A DNA stretch of 64,000 bases from Promethearchaeota archaeon (GTDB lineage: Archaea > Asgardarchaeota > Lokiarchaeia > Sigyniarchaeales > SOKP01). The first letter of the stretch is position 1, and each line of letters begins with the position of its first letter. Both the position numbers and the translations under genes were made by a program. The stretch is from assembly GCA_016839555.1 (NCBI GenBank), contig JAEOUA010000008.1:224001-288000 (forward strand). Reading direction: 5' to 3'. The notes beneath the pieces are model-generated. The model saw only the letters and a program-made list of their open reading frames with translations. It was not told the DNA's origin and searched no databases. Shown in pieces: positions 60,537 through 64,000 of this stretch.

Positions 60537-61220
60537 TTATATGTATAGAGTGTCAGTGTCTGGTTGATATTTTATTTTTTTTAGCTGCAATAAATGAAGA
60601 AGATAGATAAAATTTTCATATATCTGGATTTGATTTTCCATATCCTCAAAAACCTCATTAAACTTACAAGGTAATTTTTTTTTTATTTTTTCATAAAAAT
60701 TTAGCATTTTTTCTGTAAATTTATGTTTGGGCAATTTTAAAATGAAATCTTCATCTATTTCTACTTTTTGTAGATGCTGTATGGTAAAAGAAGAAGTTTT
60801 ATCAACCATAAGTCTCTCTTTACTCGATTCTAAAAAAGTATATGATAAGGGTTCAAGATTAAATGTTTTTAGCCAGCATCCACTAAAAAGCTCTAAAATT
60901 TCTGAATCTTCAGGTTCTGATTTTAAATATTCTTGAAATCTTTTTTCTTCATCTAAGGAATTCAACAAAGCTTTTAATTCTTCGAATTTTTTATCTAATA
61001 ATTCACATGCTTCAATATAAGTTTTAGAAGTTTGATTAATATTTGAAATATTTAGAGAATCCTTTAATTGATTGAAAATAGGAACTAACTGATATTCTAA
61101 TAAAGAAATTTTACCTTCAAGAACGTCTTGATGTACTTTTTTGATCTTTTTTTGTATTTCTTCCAATAAATTGTTAGAATCGGTCATTAATATGTTTGAT
61201 TTCTTATTTTTCTTTTTCAT
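60537..61220 (-). CDS. Kleisin-like (ScpA/Nse4-like) protein
   Basis: Overlaps the SMC 3' end. N-terminal ACELLDKK and C-terminal F.E....IYENFIYLLHLLQ...I..Q resemble the kleisin N-helix and C-terminal winged helix. Confidence 0.6.
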   Translation of the reverse strand: MKKKNKKSNILMTDSNNLLEEIQKKIKKVHQDVLEGKISLLEYQLVPIFNQLKDSLNISNINQTSKTYIEACELLDKKFEELKALLNSLDEEKRFQEYLKSEPEDSEILELFSGCWLKTFNLEPLSYTFLESSKERLMVDKTSSFTIQHLQKVEIDEDFILKLPKHKFTEKMLNFYEKIKKKLPCKFNEVFEDMENQIQIYENFIYLLHLLQLKKIKYQPDTDTLYI

Positions 61221-63999
61221 TTACTATTTTGGGAGGGTCAAAAATTTTAGAGACTTCTTTCTTGCCAATACTCGCCACCCCAATTAATTTGTCTGCTAAT
61301 CGATATAAAGCATTGGAAGATTTAGGTAAAAACAGGAGCATTTGAATCGGATTTTGGTCCAATGTTGATTTTATTAATTCATAGGTGATTTCGGCGTTTT
61401 TATCATCTAAAAACATCGCTGCTTCATCAAACATGCATAGTGGAGAGGGTTCCATTTCCTGTAGTGAGAGGATAAGAGCTATTGAAACCATAGATATTTG
61501 ACCTCCACTTAAGGCACTACAAGATATTAATGGATTATTTGATGTAGCAGCCTTGATATCGACTCCTAATTCTTCAAAAGAACCAACCAAATCTAATTCA
61601 CAATATACATTTATATTAGTATCTTTGAATTTTTTATTTATTTTAGATTCTAGATTATTTAAAACATTTCTAAATTTATCATAATATGTATCTTCTAATT
61701 TGGTTTCTGTTTTTTTAGCTGCTTGAATATCTAATTCCAGATCATTTTGATTTTTAGTTATTTTCTTAAGAGAAGATAAAATTCTATCTTTTTCAACTAA
61801 AATAGAATCATCCACATCATAATATTTTAATAATTCTTTATCGATCTTTTGAATATTCTTTTGAATTTCTTCAATTGGTCTTGGTTTAAAATCTTCTTTT
61901 TTAACCTTTTCTCCGATCTCAGAATCTATTCTTTTTAAATCCTCGTTTTTGGCATTGAAATCTTGCTGTACAGTTTCTAATTTATTTTTATGATCTTCTA
62001 AAGTTAAATGTAAAGACATATCACGTTTATTTAAATCCCCTTTTCTTTCTAATTTCTTTTTCTTTATTTCCATATTTCCTTGAATTGCTTCTTTTATTTC
62101 ATCTATAGATTCCTCAATCCTATCTAGCTCCCTATAAATTTCAAATGCCTCGCGATCTGCCTTCTCAAATTCTTTTTTTTTTGATTCATACTCTGCGGTT
62201 TGAAGATCTAATTCATTTTTAGATATATTTAGCTTTTGTTCTACGGCGTTTATTAATTCTTTTTTTTCTAGTAAATTTTCATTCCACCTTTTTTTCTCTT
62301 CATTAAGTTGTTGTAAAATATTGGGAATTTCCTTTATTCGTTTATTCCACTCGAAAAAATGAGGACTTTTCTTTTTCTCTAAAGCTTGTATTTGGATATT
62401 TAAGTTTTCAATCTCTTGAGAATATTGTGAATTTAACTCCTCCAACTCAATTTTTTTATCATATAGACTATTTTTTTTATTAGTGATACGTTGTTTTTGC
62501 CTAAAATTATAAAGTAAATCATTAAAAGATTGTTTTTTATGATAGATATCTTGCTGAATATCATCTAATTTAGACGCTCTTACTTTTAATTCAGAGATTT
62601 CATCACTTAATTCCTTAATTTCTTCTTCTAACTTATCAGCTTGCTCTTTTTGTGTTCCTGCACTTAACAAACCTTTTAATTTTTTATGATAAGGAGTTTC
62701 ATATACATATTTATAAGAAATAATTTGTTCCCCCTTTAAGGTAACACATTTTCCTTTGAAATTATGTTTCTTATAAAGTTCTTGTCCATTTCTATAATTA
62801 TTTACCACCAGACAATTCTTTATTTTAGAGTAGATTACTTTTCTAACGTCTTGATCATTCGTGTTGATTAGCTCAGCTAAATAACCTATTACCCCATCTG
62901 CATTGAAGGGTTTAAGTGGTTGAATTTGTTGTTTTTTAGGAATATAAAAATTACAATAAGCGTTGAATTTGGTTTTTAATCTTTTTAATAGGTTCATAGT
63001 GTCCCAATTCTTTGCGATAAAGCTATAGAGCTGTTTTTCTCCTAAAACAGATTCAATAGCATAGCTTAATTTATCATCATACTCAATATATTCAATTATA
63101 GGACCCTTTACTTCCAAATTTCGCTTTAAAATCTCTTCTTTTAAAATATTTATATTTGTCGGTAAAATTATTCTCCGTTCAATCAATGAACTTTGTATCC
63201 TTCGAAATTCCCCTAATAAATTAGATTTCTTATATTCGTCTCTTTTTAATTTTTCTTCAAGATCATATAATTGAGAAGAAATTTTTCTCAATTCTTTATC
63301 CAATTCCCCTAATAGATTTGGTGTTGGATTTTCAAGAAACCACTTATTTTTCTTTAACTTGTGATCAATCTCATGAAAACTCTCAAACAGTTGGTTAATT
63401 TGACTCTCAAAATCCTTAATTAATTCCTCATTTTTTCTAACATTGTTTTGTTTTTCTTCTCTTTGGGTAATTAATTCATTATAATTTTCTAGAAATTGCT
63501 TATTTTTTTCTACTTTTTGTGCCAATTCTGCTTGTTCGTTAATTAGGTTCTCAAAATTTTTATCTATTTTCTTAATTTCCTCTTGAATAGTATTTATATT
63601 CTTATTAATGCTTATTTTTTGATTCTGATAATTTTTTAAAGTTTTATTTGTATCTTTGATTTTATTAGCAATTTCATCGAGCTCTTGTTTCTTTTTTATT
63701 TTATCATATTGCCATTTATTAATTTCATCAATAAATTCTTGTTTTTTATATCTTTTTTCTCCAAGACTTTCAGAGAGACGATTTATATTCTCATCAATGT
63801 TATTAATTTTATTTTCAATTTTTTGAATCTTTATTAGATTCTTATTCTTCAAATCATCTGTTTGTTGGATTAAGGATTTGAATTTTTTAACACTTTCTGC
63901 CAAATTTACAATTTCTAATAGTAATTTCTGCCTATTTGCCCATAATAATTCATCTTGATATTTCCTTCTTTCTCTTAGTAATGCATTTTTTTCTTCCAA
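61204..63999 (-). CDS. SMC ATPase (SMC5/6-like), N-terminus outside the window
   Basis: Long coiled coils; hinge GPIIEYI..D.KLSYAIESVLG...SFI; signature LSGGQ; Walker B/D-loop PLCMFDEAAMFLD. Confidence 0.88.
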   Translation of the reverse strand: MEEKNALLRERRKYQDELLWANRQKLLLEIVNLAESVKKFKSLIQQTDDLKNKNLIKIQKIENKINNIDENINRLSESLGEKRYKKQEFIDEINKWQYDKIKKKQELDEIANKIKDTNKTLKNYQNQKISINKNINTIQEEIKKIDKNFENLINEQAELAQKVEKNKQFLENYNELITQREEKQNNVRKNEELIKDFESQINQLFESFHEIDHKLKKNKWFLENPTPNLLGELDKELRKISSQLYDLEEKLKRDEYKKSNLLGEFRRIQSSLIERRIILPTNINILKEEILKRNLEVKGPIIEYIEYDDKLSYAIESVLGEKQLYSFIAKNWDTMNLLKRLKTKFNAYCNFYIPKKQQIQPLKPFNADGVIGYLAELINTNDQDVRKVIYSKIKNCLVVNNYRNGQELYKKHNFKGKCVTLKGEQIISYKYVYETPYHKKLKGLLSAGTQKEQADKLEEEIKELSDEISELKVRASKLDDIQQDIYHKKQSFNDLLYNFRQKQRITNKKNSLYDKKIELEELNSQYSQEIENLNIQIQALEKKKSPHFFEWNKRIKEIPNILQQLNEEKKRWNENLLEKKELINAVEQKLNISKNELDLQTAEYESKKKEFEKADREAFEIYRELDRIEESIDEIKEAIQGNMEIKKKKLERKGDLNKRDMSLHLTLEDHKNKLETVQQDFNAKNEDLKRIDSEIGEKVKKEDFKPRPIEEIQKNIQKIDKELLKYYDVDDSILVEKDRILSSLKKITKNQNDLELDIQAAKKTETKLEDTYYDKFRNVLNNLESKINKKFKDTNINVYCELDLVGSFEELGVDIKAATSNNPLISCSALSGGQISMVSIALILSLQEMEPSPLCMFDEAAMFLDDKNAEITYELIKSTLDQNPIQMLLFLPKSSNALYRLADKLIGVASIGKKEVSKIFDPPKIVNEKEK

Positions 64000-64000
64000 T

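Noticed and set aside
1-64000. CRISPR array, rRNA, transposase or integrase
   Set aside because: No regularly spaced repeat-spacer array and no recognisable motifs seen by eye.

Overview
AT-rich archaeal DNA, most likely an Asgard (Lokiarchaeia/Promethearchaeota-like) chromosome. This is an inference from BHB-type tRNA introns, several SCP2 proteins, the CPxC...CxHxF Zn-ribbon family, an atypical small GTPase, an SMC5/6-like gene and a UGA-containing peroxiredoxin-like gene. Left to right: (1) the decayed end of a probable integrated element (wHTH genes, frameshifted N6-methylase, four-box operator array), bounded by a 5'-half tRNA fragment at 2815-2847; (2) a ~12 kb DeoR-associated catabolic cluster around a glycyl-radical enzyme of unknown function (Eda, a 2-hydroxyacid dehydrogenase/MBL fusion, cupin PGI, shikimate-DH-like protein, FGGY kinase, GRE plus activase, GPH transporter); (3) DNA-repair genes, a sulfatase and an intron-containing tRNA-Phe; (4) a Thermotoga-type iolG/M/N/O inositol pathway; (5) an SCP2/Adc/GlcD/GlcF-like operon between tRNA-Arg and a degenerate copy of that tRNA's 3' end; (6) a tRNA-Asp with two non-canonical introns, a PIN module, and a UxxC selenoprotein candidate missed by the ORF track; (7) housekeeping nucleotide/DNA genes; (8) an SMC5/6-like SMC, a kleisin-like gene and a KITE-like gene, interrupted by a tandemly duplicated methyltransferase/corrinoid pair. 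All calls come from reading motifs by eye; no database searches were run.
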